From Negaprion brevirostris (lineage: Eukaryota), in the NCBI GenBank assembly GCA_030324005.1, contig JARDVH010000193.1:92359807-92423806 (forward strand): a stretch of DNA of 64,000 nt, read 5' to 3'. Positions 24,965-37,029 of the stretch are shown piece after piece. Numbering within the stretch: the first letter of the stretch is position 1; every line of letters begins with the position of its first letter. The notes beneath the pieces are model-generated. The model was not told the origin of the DNA. It saw only the letters and a list, made by a program, of their open reading frames with translations, and made no database searches. A program made the position numbers and the translations under genes.

Positions 24965-25230
24965 GTCTTTTAGAATTTCAGGATGTTCCAAAATTTTATG
25001 CTTAATGAAGTTCTTTTAAAGTACAGTTAGTATTATAATTCAGAAAACACAGTAGCCAATGTGTGCAGGTCAAGATCCCAGAAACAGTAATGTAGTGTTT
25101 CATGGTGAGTGTTGAGGGATAAATATTAGCCAAAGATATCAGAGAGCATGCCCTTGCTCAAAGTAGGGCTCTGGAGTCTTTTAGTTATGTCTGGAGTCAT
25201 GTTCTAATTTATACAGGAAAGACACACTTT
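24965..25230 (-). mobile_element. Old Deu-domain SINE (SacSINE1-like)
   Basis: AATGAAGTTCTTTT..GTAGCCAATGTGTGCA..AAGATCCCA.AAACAG..GTTGAGGGATAAATATTAGCCA; homologous to 43565-43905. Confidence 0.6.
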
Positions 25231-26129
25231 TTCCAAAGAAGTCATTGAAAGGAGAATATTGGGGCAAAGCAGCTGTATTTTCTCCCACAAATTGGTTGTA
25301 GAGTAACTTTACACTATCGCACTTGCTTCTTCTGCCAGATTATAGAGAAGCATTTGGTATGAACATGCATTTTGCCACAGTTGTGCTCAGTTTATAGTGT
25401 CATGGGCAGATTTTGTGTTCTCTTACTGCCTTTGATTAACATGATTTTTATGGAAAGATGTGCGTATTTTCTTGCTATTGAAGTATGTATTCCAATTAAG
25501 AAGGCTAATTTATTCTCACACACTTATTCCAAATTAAATGCAATGCCACACACCTAGGCCTCATTCAAATCACCCGCACATAGTAAAATTGGATACAGAT
25601 AAAGGTCATCCACTTTTACAGATTAGAGTTATCTCAGTGTCTGATTTATCATCGCATTGATTTATGGACTCCCACACAGAGGTTTGTGGTCTTCTGAATG
25701 GATTAGATGATTTAAAGTTGAAAGAAGGCCTTGGAAAGCATAGCATTCATAGTAGGTTGTGGAGTTCTTGTAGCTAAATACGATGCGTTTGGTTCTCTGT
25801 GAACTTTAAACTGGAACAAGTTACATATTCTAGCTGCCTGATGTGTCTCAGTTTGTTTCTGAGTCTGGTTCACAAACTGGCTAAATAAATGTTTTTGATG
25901 GCTTTAGTGCAACTGCCCGCACTCAGCTTTTAGCAAATCTTTCATATAAAGAAAACATGGCTCTCTCCATATGGCTTTTCACAACTTTAATGCTGTTTTC
26001 AAATAAGATGTAGTGTTTGTGTCAATTCCACATCCTGTATTATGGTTAATACCCTGAGGGTTTGAGACCGTCAGTATCTATATTTTAAAACAATTCATTC
26101 AAATTCTATAAAATCCATCTGATTGGTTT

Positions 26130-27936
26130 CAGGGAAGGGTGTGCAAATCAAATTAGCCATAGTGCCATGGAGGAGGAATTCTTGGAATGTATACGGGATA
26201 GTTTTCTTGACCAATATGTGGAAGAACCATCTAGAGAGCAGGCCATCTTGGAAGGGGTATTGTGTAAATAGAAGGAAATCATTGCCAATCTAGCTGTACA
26301 AGATTCCTTGGAGATGAGCGACCATAACATGGTAGAATTTTTTATCAAGCCGGAGAGTGAAGTGGTTGATTTGGAGACTAGGGTGCTGAATCTTAATAAA
26401 GAAAACTGAGACGTCAGTTGGCCTTGATAGATTGGGCAGAGTTACTTAAAGGGATGACAGTGGATAGACGATGGCAAACAAGCAAAGGATGCATGAGGGA
26501 ACTGCAGCAACTGTTTATTCCTGTCTGACACAAAAGCAAAATGGGTAAGAGGGCCAATCCATGCTTACAAAGGAAACTAAGGAGGCTATCTGAACTAAGA
26601 AAGAAGCTTACAGATTGGCCAAGAAAAATAATAGCTCTGAGGATTGGGAGCAGTTTAGAATTCATCAAAGAAGGATCAATGGATTGATTAATAAGGGGAA
26701 AATCCAATACAAAAGTAAGCTTGCAGGGAGCATTAAGACTGACGTTAAGAGTTTCTACAAATACATGAAGGGAAAGAGGTTGGTGAAGACAAATGAGGGT
26801 ACTACAGACAGAAACGGGGGAATGTACGGTAGGGGTCAAAGAACTAGCCAAGCAACTGAATACATAGTTTGGTTTTGTCTTCACAAAAGTGGATACAAGT
26901 CAGATGCTAGAAATGTTGGAGAATGCAAGATTTAGTAAGAGGGAAAAACTGAGGGAAATCAAAATTAGTAGAGAAATGGCATTGGGAAAGTTGGGATTGT
27001 AGGCTGATAAATCCCCAGGGCCTGATAATCTGCATGCCAGAATACTTAAGGAAGTGGTTCTAGAAACAGAGGATGCATTGGTGGTCATCTTCCAGGATTC
27101 TATAGACTCTGGAACAGTCCCTGCAGATTGAGGGTAGAGAATGTCACTCCAATATTCAAAAAGGGAGGTAGAGAGAAAACAGGGAATTATAGAAACGAGA
27201 AGGCAGATTACTATCTGAATGGCTGTAAATTGGGAGAGGGGAATGTGCAGAGGGACCTGGATGGCCTTGTGCATCAGTCACTGAAGGTAAGCTTGCAGGT
27301 GCAGCAGCAGTAAAGAAGGTAAACGGCATGTTGACCTTCTTTGCGAGAGGTTTCGAGTGCAGGGGCAGGGATGTGTTGTTGAAACTATACAGGGNNNNNN
27401 NNNNNNNNNNNNNNNNNNNNNNNNNNNNNNNNNNNNNNNNNNNNNNNNNNNNNNNNNNNNNNNNNNNNNNNNNNNNNNNNNNNNNNNNNNNNNNNNNNNN
27501 NNNNNNNNNNNNNNNNNNNNNNNNNNNNNNNNNNNNNNNNNNNNNNNNNNNNNNNNNNNNNNNNNNNNNNNNNNNNNNNNNNNNNNNNNNNNNNNNNNNN
27601 NNNNNNNNNNNNNNNNNNNNNNNNNNNNNNNNNNNNNNNNNNNNNNNNNNNNNNNNNNNNNNNNNNNNNNNNNNNNNNNNNNNNNNNNNNNNNNNNNNNN
27701 NNNNNNNNNNNNNNNNNNNNNNNNNNNNNNNNNNNNNNNNNNNNNNNNNNNNNNNNNNNNNNNNNNNNNNNNNNNNNNNNNNNNNNNNNNNNNNNNNNNN
27801 NNNNNNNNNNNNNNNNNNNNNNNNNNNNNNNNNNNNNNNNNNNNNNNNNNNNNNNNNNAGCCATGATCATAATGAATGGCGGAGCAGGCTCGAAGGGCCA
27901 AATGGCCTCCTCCTGCTCCTATCTTCTATGTTTCTG
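26130..27936 (+). mobile_element. CR1 LINE (endonuclease to 3' end) with internal RT deletion at ~27190 and an assembly gap
   Basis: EEEFLECIRDSFLDQYVEEPSREQAIL, LEMSDHNMVEF, KSPGPDNLH, VTPIFKKGGREKTGNYR joined directly to NEKADYYLNG. Confidence 0.95.
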
Positions 27937-30900
27937 TGACTGATCAGTCTAGAATATTCTTTGGTTCCCCCTTGAGACAAGGGAAGTAGATCTAACACAC
28001 GAGATGTAGGTGACTTTGGGTGGTCATCTTTTCCAGCCTTTATGCAGTTTAAAAAAAATAAAATTAGTTTGAAGTTCAGAATATGAAATGCTGGTACGGT
28101 GCATAACATCAGTATTGGTAACACACCATTTGTGTTTTCTGCATTGATGTTTATTAATGTACAATATGACACTATCTCCCACTTAGTAATGTAAAATTTA
28201 TTAGGCGATACTTGGGAAAGTTGGTTTTGTACTGTTATTAATGTTCACAGCTGCATTGTAACTGGTGTCAATATGTTTCTGGCAACAATGAATTAAATAC
28301 ATAGTGAAAAGGGATGGAAGTGTGTTTTTGTAATCGGAGCTATATCTGAGCATTTTGACATGTATAATGATTAGAGTACCACTTGTTTAATAAATTGAAG
28401 ATGGGAAAATGACATGTAAAGACACCCTCTTATCTCAAGTACATTTATATGGAACTGCATAATATTCAACATTTCTGAATAGTGCAATGACAGATTTTAC
28501 TCTACGCTTACATGTGGCATTCGATCAAAACCAAGAATGTAATTGGAGAGTTAAAGCTCGTAGTAGCAAACGTGAGGGCAGTTGCTCTACTCATTTCTCC
28601 ATTCCACGGTCTTTCACCATCCTCTTCAGTTGCTTGTAAAAGCCTGCCAGTTTCAATTTCAATGAAAGAAAAGACTGGAGAACATAATACATTAGGTGGT
28701 TTCTCAATGCCTTTTCATGTGTATTTAAAGGAAGTATAAATCCACTTTTGGAAGCTTCCACTATCACCAATTCGTTGATTTCACTGTTGATCGTAGCTTG
28801 TAACCCTCAGCATGAGCTGTTCTGGGATGATCACCCCAAGTCTCCATTGACCCTATAACCCTTAAAAAGGATGTCACCTGTTTACCTGCACAGGGTGCAT
28901 TAGAAATGAGTGCTATTGGCTTCTGCAATATGGAATAAGATGATGTCACAGTATCTTGGAGCACTATCTTGAGGAGTAGAAGTTGGATTTGTTTCCCTTT
29001 CCCTTTATTTCTTTTCTGATCTGGATGCACTGTTATTGAAAAGTGCCAAGTGGAAAGAAAAAGAGAAGGGGAATCTGATGGCAAGATATTAGCTGATATT
29101 TTGTATCCCTGAAAACTGTATTGATTTGAAGACTGATACATCCTGAGTTTAAATTGGGAAGTGAAATTGGCAAAAATGGTGGAGCAAGTTCAGTGAGCCA
29201 AGTGGCTTCTCTACCATTGTTCCTCTTTGGATGAAGTAATAATGGAGCTGTGCTAGGCAGGTGAAAAACTGGATGAAGTTATTTAAATATTCAGCTTGAA
29301 AACTGTGCCCTACAATGATACCTAATTGTCACTCAAATGCAATACTTATGGCAGAAACTGCCTCTCATTAATTAGTCTTCTCAACGGCCAACACCATGTC
29401 ACTAACCCATTGCCAATAGATTCACTCCATCTCGTGTGGTTGGAAGGCTGCCAATAAATTTCTTACTGAGGCTATAAAAAAACATTTTTCAATGACATAA
29501 AATATTGCGAATAATCTCTAGACCATATTTCATTTCCCTGTCTTCAAGAAAGATGAGGAGAAAATTCAACTGAGTGACCCCAGAAATTACAACATGGTGA
29601 TGCATGACAAGTGTTCTTAAAATCATTAAATTTGAATTTGGAGAAGCTTTTAGTGATGTATTTCTATTGGTCTTGTCCTGTTGTAACTCAACAAATATCC
29701 AGTGAGACTGTTATAGCCAAATTGCACTCCTAGTGGTAGTGTGCTGAAGTGTTTCTCCAGTATTAATAAAACTTATTAATTAGTAATGTTTTTTTTAGAT
29801 TGCATTGAATTTCATAGAACATAGGTGACAATTGTTGCTTTTAATAATTTTTTTTATTTAGAGTAGTTTTCCCCCCACCCCTTATCTAATTCATTTAGCT
29901 AAGGAAGCAAATTCTGTGTAACAGCTGGCAGTTCTGCTTCATGATTCTCCAGCAGTTGCTACGGTTTAAGTATAGTAAGTTTGATGGCTTGTATCTTTTG
30001 TCAGCATAAGACAGGCCATTCCATCTGAAATCCATGTTGATAACTGGTAGAACATTATTGATATAGGCAACTAAGATTAAAATTTAGGCCATCAACTGCT
30101 TCAGTGTTGTTTTAACATGATTGAAATGTTATCGTTTTCAAAATATGATTAATAAAAACATAGTGCTTTCTAGTATTGCTGTATTACAAATGGAATGTGT
30201 AATCTGCTTCACAGTTGCATATCTAGCTTTTACTTCTTTTTGTACCCCATCACTATTTCAAAAATCTTTATAATCTAAGGAAATGAATTTTATTGGAATC
30301 ACAAGAACTGTGAAGAATTATTCAGTGTTTGAAACTATTCTAGCAAAGTACAAAGGCCAGTACTGTATCCTTAAGACAAATAAGCTGTTATACAGCTGAA
30401 ATCCATTAGTTGATGCAGTATTTAAATATATTGACTAGATTGAGATTTACCAATTACTGTATCAATTTTAAATTCTGTAATGTTTTCCTTGACTGAATCG
30501 CCTTGATTCAATGCTAAGGTTGTTGTGGGTTCCAAGGTCCATTTTCAGTTATCCGTAAAGCAATGAAATGTAGCCTGTGTTTATCCAAGTTGTTTTGCTT
30601 TACCATCCTCTCGTTGGAGAGCAGCTCAGCAGGCTGTGCTCTGTTTGGAGGAGCTCTTTGCAGGCATGCAAATCATGAGTTCCTGATTTGCTGCTTGTGT
30701 ACTGCTTCTCAAGGCATTGATGTATGAAATCCCTTATGAATTCACAGATGAGCATAGTGCTAATTGCTTTCCCACCTGCCCTTCCCTTTCCCTGAACAAG
30801 TCAGCCCTTAGCTGTCACTCAACTCTAGACAGATGATGACACATGCAGCACTGGATCAGAAGAGCCAATTCTAGCCTATGCCCTGAAGGTTCCTGTAATT

Positions 30901-32344
30901 TCCATTGCTTCCCTTTTGTGTGGTGGTATTAGTAGGATCTCTTCTTTGACTGTGTTTGCAGTTAGCTCTGTTGCTTGCGTGGTGTTGAGAAATTTAAGAG
31001 CATAAAAACAGAGCTTGGCTTTGGCAGCTCCTTTTCGCAGCCTATGGAACAGATATTCTAGTCATTAAGAAGTGATTGGGAATGTTTCTTGTACAATATA
31101 CAGGTAATGTAAGTCCTTTGGTTTATGCTTGAGACACTGTTTCAGTATGTATATTTTCTGTTTTGCAGGCAGTATTCCAGTGGAATGCTGTCTGAAAGTC
31201 AAAGGGATTCACAGCTGAAAGATGCTGTCCAATGTTGAGACAAAAAGACTGGCTTGTTGATTTGAAGTACCTTTGTGCTTTTATTTTAAGCCTTTGCTTG
31301 AAACTACCAATTTTTTTGAGACTTGGTAGAAACAATTGATAATTCTGCAGTCTAAGAATTTCAGTCTTCTTGCTCCTTGAACTATTATTATTTGTTTGAT
31401 TTTACTCAATCCAGTATTTTTACAGAATTTACAAGATGATGAAATATTGTTTGCTGGTTGTTATTTTTAGCCCCCAGCTTTGCTATGAAGGTTAATGGGG
31501 ACTCATGACTAATAGCTTTTTGTTAGAGTAGCTACTGAATATTATGTTTAATTAAATGACAAGGAACGATTGAACTTTATCATTACATGTTGATTTTGAA
31601 AAAGGACTGTACTTTGTGCATCTGTATGAATTATACTATTAGTGGACTTCTGGATTGGATTTTATTTGTCAAGATGCCGGATAGAATCTGCCGTGTTGTA
31701 CAGAATGGATTGTCATTACCATTGCCTTTTAAAGGATACTATGTACTACAGGGAGGTTGCAGCATAGTTTAAACTAATGCAGAACACATGTATTTTCAAG
31801 TATAAGGTTTGATTTTGTGTCATTTTTGAATACTATATTTGAAAGAACCGCAGAGATGTCTTTGTACTCCCGGCTGGCATTTAGTCACAATACTCTTGTC
31901 ATTTTATCAGCCTGTGAATTGTACAGAGTTGCTTATTGACCTCAGCGTTGTTATTAGTAGTTAGGAAATGAAGATATCAAGAAAAAGGTATTATGCAAAA
32001 TTATACATCCTGTAATGTGCTCAAACCTCTTAAAATAAACATGGCTTTTAACACCTTTCTTCCCTTTGAGGTTGTAAATTTTTATGGATGAAAATGGTTG
32101 GTTGAGTTAGTATAACTAGATTGATGAAAAATATGAATGCTTACTTTTTGGCCAGGTATATATGGTTCTTGGCCTCTCATGATATTCCTCAACACCCTGA
32201 TGGTTGAGGTTTCAAGTAAATAAAATATTTGAAATCATTTGGGTAGTTTGAGATTCTAGCTCCGCAATTCTCCATATGGTAAAAATCGTGATTTAAAATA
32301 AAGAGCTTTTATAAGAATATACAAAGAAAGAGAATAGCTTTCTT

Positions 32345-32482
32345 TATTTTTTTCATGGTGTGCGAATATCACCAGAAAGGCCAGCATTTGTTGCCCATCC
32401 CTCATGGCCCTTTAACTGGGTGGCCTGCTAGGCAATTTCAGAGGGTAATTAAGAGCCAACTACATTTCTATGGATCTGGATT
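32345..32482 (-). mobile_element. LINE 3' end (same family as 3320-3566)
   Basis: GGCCAGCATTTGTTGCCCATCCCT..GGCAATTTCAGAGGG. Confidence 0.55.
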
Positions 32483-32689
32483 GTTTCACTTTGTTATTAG
32501 TTGTGGGGCAGGCCTGAATGATGCTAAGTCTGCCATCGTATCCAGCTACAATATTGAAAAGGCATCTAACATCACTGATCATTGAAGAAAGAAGGTGGAC
32601 CTCCTGAAAATGAAGATAACCCCTGGGAGCACTCTGAGACTGGAAGATGGGACCTCCTGAGAACAAAAATAGATCTCCTGGAATCTGGA

Positions 32690-33830
32690 TGGTCCACCTG
32701 CAGATGCACCTCCTGACTCACTGCTGTGGTATTCTAAAAGAAGTACATGCAAGGGTTGTGGATGTGCGGGCTGAGATTTTCCAAAATTCTCTAGCTGCTA
32801 TAATGGTCTCAGCAGATTGGTAATCAGAAATGTAACTCCACTATTCAAGAAAGAGAGAGAAAATGGGGAACTATAGACCAGCTAGCCTGACATCAGTTAT
32901 TTGAAAATTGCTCAGGTCTATTTTGAAGTTTTAACAATGCAGTTAGAAAATCAAACCAAGATGAGACGTGGTCAAAATGGTTTTACGAGAGAAAAATTGT
33001 GTTTCACATGTTTATTGTAGTTCTTTGAGGATATAGCTTGTAGAGTAGATAAAGGAGACCCAGCAGATGTAGTATACGTTGTTTCCAAAAGTCATGTTGA
33101 TTTCCAAAAGTCTAATATACAAGATAGTAACTCATGGAGCTGGGGGNNNNNNNNNNNNNNNNNNNNNNNNNNNNNNNNNNNNNNNNNNNNNNNNNNNNNN
33201 NNNNNNNNNNNNNNNNNNNNNNNNNNNNNNNNNNNNNNNNNNNNNNNNNNNNNNNNNNNNNNNNNNNNNNNNNNNNNNNNNNNNNNNNNNNNNNNNNNNN
33301 NNNNNNNNNNNNNNNNNNNNNNNNNNNNNNNNNNNNNNNNNNNNNNNNNNNNNNNNNNNTCTTATTGAATGGCGGGGCAGGCTCGAAGGGCTGGATGGCC
33401 TACTCCTGCTCCTATTTCTTATGTTCTTATGAAAGACGGTGTGGATTCGATGAGCCAAGTGGTCTCCTGCATTGTAGGGGTTCTGTGGGTAGAGAATTGG
33501 TTAACGGACAGGAAGCAAAGAGGAGATTTGAATGGAGATTTTCAAGTTGGTAGGCTGAGACTAATGGAGTGCCGCAAGAATCGGTGCTGGTTATTTGCAA
33601 TCTATATTAATGACTTAGATGAAGAGACAGAGAGCAATGCATCAGGTTTGCTGACAATGCAAAGCAAGGTGGAAATCTGAAGTGTGAGAATAAGGTCTAC
33701 AAAATGATGTTGATGGAGTATAATGTGAGGAAGTGTAAGGTTAATCACTTTAGCTATAAGAATTAAAAAGGCAGAATGTTGTATACAAAGCATGAAACTT
33801 GTCTGTCAATTTTAGTGACTTGGGTGTGCT
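32690..33830 (+). mobile_element. CR1 LINE RT remnant with nested CR1/SINE tails (33360-33485) and a gap
   Basis: AATGTAACTCCACTATTCAAGAAAG..AACTATAGACCAGCTAGCCTGACATC (NVTPLFKK..NYRPASLTS), IYINDLDE. Confidence 0.85.
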
Positions 33831-34166
33831 GGTGTTGTATTTCCATTAGATTGATGTGTTTCTTGGCATTTCAACAAAATTAAACTTTATCTAATTGATT
33901 TGTATGAAACTTGTAAAAGCTAATGTGTATGGAAAGTAAGTTCTGTTATTTGCAAAGAATATTTGTCACTCAAGTGTTAGAATAGTTTTGAAGGGGATTA
34001 TCAACCAGGAGGAGCATTTTTTTCAGGCAAAATGGTCTTTTTTCCCCAATCGACACACATTTTATTTTTTAAAAATTGGCATGACTTTACTTACTGAAGA
34101 TACTTCAAGCTGTGTCAATTACAAATCATCCTGAAAATCCAACTCAAGTTTGCTGAGCTTTGAAGA

Positions 34167-34335
34167 AGTCCAAAGATATGCAGGTTAAGTGAATTGGCCA
34201 TTCTAAATTGCCACTTAGTGTCAGGGGACTAGTTAGGGTAAATGCATGGGGTTATGGGGATAGGGCCTGGGTGAAATTGTGGTCAATGCAGACTCGATGG
34301 GCCGAATGGACATCTCCTGAAACGAAGGATTCCTA
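34167..34335 (+). mobile_element. 5'-truncated HE1-like SINE
   Basis: GTCCAAAGATATGCAGGTTAAG..GCAGACTCGATGGGCCGAATGG. Confidence 0.8.
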
Positions 34336-34834
34336 AGAACTCTGGAAATGTTGGAGTGTTTGAGAACTTGAAAAAAATCTAAGTTCCAGTAGTTGACCTC
34401 AACTTTATCTTCTGCCTTCTTAAAATGTTCTTCATTACCCTTTTTCAGTTATCCCTCAAATTCATTTCCATCAGCTATTTCAAAGGCTTGCTTAATTTTT
34501 TAAATGTTTATCAGCTTTGTCGCATAAATATAATATTTATAGGTTGTCATTAAAATTAGATTCTTGGTTGTTGGGAAAGGAAGAAATCCAACATTCAGCA
34601 GCAGTATAGTACTTGAATCAGAATTTTGCTTCTGATGGGCAATTTCAGGAAAAACAAACCTGGGTGGCTAAAGAAAAGCGCAAATGTAGCATGCAAAAGC
34701 ACTGAACACTGAAAACAAGAACTTATAAAAAACAATACTTTATTCAGGAGTTGAGCAGCTACTCCATGATTGTGCTGTGGCGAGAATGCCTGTGCTGTGT
34801 CACATGATCTGTTTTGTAGCACATCATCATCCTA

Positions 34835-35068
34835 AAAGTCCTATGGTGCAGAACAAGGCATTCAACTCATCGAACAACCACCGCCGACAGTCTCACCCAG
34901 GTTCTATCCCCGTAACCCATGCATTTACCCTGCTATTCTCCTTGACACCAACAGACAGTTTAGCACAGCCAATCAACCTAAACTGCATATCTTTAGACTT
35001 TGGGATAAGCCCGAGCACCTGGAAGACATGGAGCACCACGCAGACACGAGGAGAAGGTGCAAACTCTA
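34835..35068 (-). mobile_element. Degenerate HE1-like SINE
   Basis: CTATCCCCGTAACCCATGCATTTACCCTGCTA..GCAGACACGAGGAGAAGGTGCAAACTC. Confidence 0.75.
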
Positions 35069-35254
35069 CATCGATATTTACCCAAATCTATTCCTCAAAA
35101 CAAAGGAAAACAATGTGGGTGTTTCAATATACTTAAAAAGAACTATAAATATCAGAACTATAAATATGTTGCATTCCAAGGCTGCATTTAGCAACAACAT
35201 TGTCTTCAGAAGTCACCACTATGATGTAAATGAAGTTGATGCATATTTTAGATC

Positions 35255-35564
35255 ATGTCAGATAGAGGGAAAGGTGGTAAAAGGCTTGGTAAAGGTGGAG
35301 CCAAACAGCACTGCAAGGTGCTCCGTGACAAATATTCAAGGCATTACCAAGCCTGCCATCAGGCATCTGGCTCGCCGCAGAGGCGTCAAGTGATCTCCAG
35401 CTTGATCTACGAGGAGGTCCGCAGGGTGTTGAAGGTGTTTTTGGAGAATGTGATCAGGGAATTGGTGACCTACACTAACGTGTCAGCACAAAACAGTGAC
35501 CACCATGGATGTGGTGTACGCGCTAAAGCGCCAAAGGCGGACCCTGTATGGCTTTGATGGTTGA
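35255..35564 (+). pseudogene. H4: Histone H4 pseudogene (orphon), full length but frameshifted
   Basis: [25 protein letters not shown] / [20 protein letters not shown] / [28 protein letters not shown] / [24 protein letters not shown]; at least three frameshifts and many substitutions in an almost invariant protein. Confidence 0.95.
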
Positions 35565-35720
35565 GGACTGTGTAAAGGGGAGCAGATGACCAAACAACTC
35601 CATAAGCACATTGATGTTGTCAAATCTATCCTGTCGCCTACATGGGACACATTCAGTGCCTCAAGAACTATGGTTTAGTTTTTGGGCCTCCTTCAATTAT
35701 TGCAAAAATTTATGATTAAC

Positions 35721-35760
35721 ATCGCTTCTCAGCCTTTTCGGCTAAGATCAAGTGTAGTAT
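35721..35760 (+). ncRNA. U2 snRNA 5' fragment (nt 1-39), not a full gene
   Basis: ATCGCTTCTCAGCCTTTTCGGCTAAGATCAAGTGTAGTAT versus vertebrate U2 ATCGCTTCTCGGCCTTTTGGCTAAGATCAAGTGTAGTAT (one substitution, one insertion); homology stops after the branch-point pairing sequence. Confidence 0.9.
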
Positions 35761-36034
35761 GGACATGCTGTGCTGGTTGAAGTCATTAGGTTACATTTTT
35801 GCTTCATTTGAAGCAATTTTTAAAAGTGGCATCTTGGCCTTTTGGCTAAGATGCAGATGAGAGCAAGCCTTGGAGGAAGAGCTATGCCTACTCCAGTCAG
35901 CTTGGATCATGTTGATCAAGCCCAAGACAGGAGGTGAGAGCCTTGTATTGTCAGCTTGGATTGGGAATGCCTCTGAGACCCTGAATTGGACTTGATTGGA
36001 TTGAATTGGAATAAAAAAAGGATTTTAAAAAAAA
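35721..36034 (+). mobile_element. Candidate U2-headed SINE-like retroelement
   Basis: U2 head, second U2 stem-loop I at 35829-35854, further hairpins, (TTGGA/TTGAA)n, AATAAA and A-rich tail; no convincing TSD. Confidence 0.5.
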
Positions 36035-37029
36035 CAATAGCAACAAGAAATTAACCAAAATTATAACTGTTTCAAATAGTGTTAGGAATTGCAATAGAAA
36101 CTAAGCAAATGCATTCTTCCATTTTAAAAGAAATTTTGAGTATTTTTGGTATTGGAAATGTAATGCACAGGTGCAGGCAGGAATAGTTTTACTTAGAGTA
36201 AATTGCATTTTTTTAAAAAGTGTGTTTTTAGGCAGGTGACAGCCTGTTTCTAGAGATGCCAGTGAAAGTAAAAGTAAGTATTATAAATTGTTACAGTATT
36301 TTCAGTTAGAGTTGTAAATGTAATAAGTAGAAAATATTTCCTACTGAAAGCCTCACTATGTTACTTGGGGCCAGCCAGTAAAATAGTAGTCCGTACGCAG
36401 TATATACTTACATGCTTCTTTAGATTACATTGACTTTTCACTAAATATAAACAGCTGTTGGTTGAAAGAGCAATGCCAGTTTATTGATACAATAGGTGAA
36501 TCATTTGAATGTGTAAGCCGTGGTTGCTAGATCCTTGAGACATACTTACGTTGTGCAGTAATAATGAGAATGCTGAGTTCCATAGGTGGCTTTTTTGGCA
36601 AGGGATAAATAATGTATTAGTCTTTTGATATATGTTTAGGTTACCCACCCTTTGTGTATTGCCACAGTATCACTGAAATTTGGATAAACTACCACTACAT
36701 CATATTGAATAGTCTCCAGTCTGAGATTCCATTTTGGGATTAAAAGCATTGATGCTATAAGTGTATACATTAATGATTTGTTTTGTGTGTGTCTCAGGTC
36801 ATTGGCTATGTGTATCTTTAAAATGGGATAATGTGAAACTTTCACTTTATCCTTGAAATGTGGATGCACATGGCAAGGTAAACGTTAAACAGGATTGATG
36901 TCAAGAAAATCCGTTTCATCTGAGACAACCATTTTAAAAGAAAATGTTTTAGCATTAAGCTTGATTTTAAAATTGTGAAAAGCAGAATATGAAGGCCATC
37001 CATTGAATTAGTTGTCATGGTACAGAAGG

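Noticed and set aside
27278-27939. Long ORFs spanning N runs (also 33079-33553 and others)
   Set aside because: Open only because ambiguous bases contain no stops.
35721-35910. Functional U2 snRNA gene
   Set aside because: Only nt 1-39 match; stem-loops II-IV and the Sm-site context are missing, and I see no upstream PSE.
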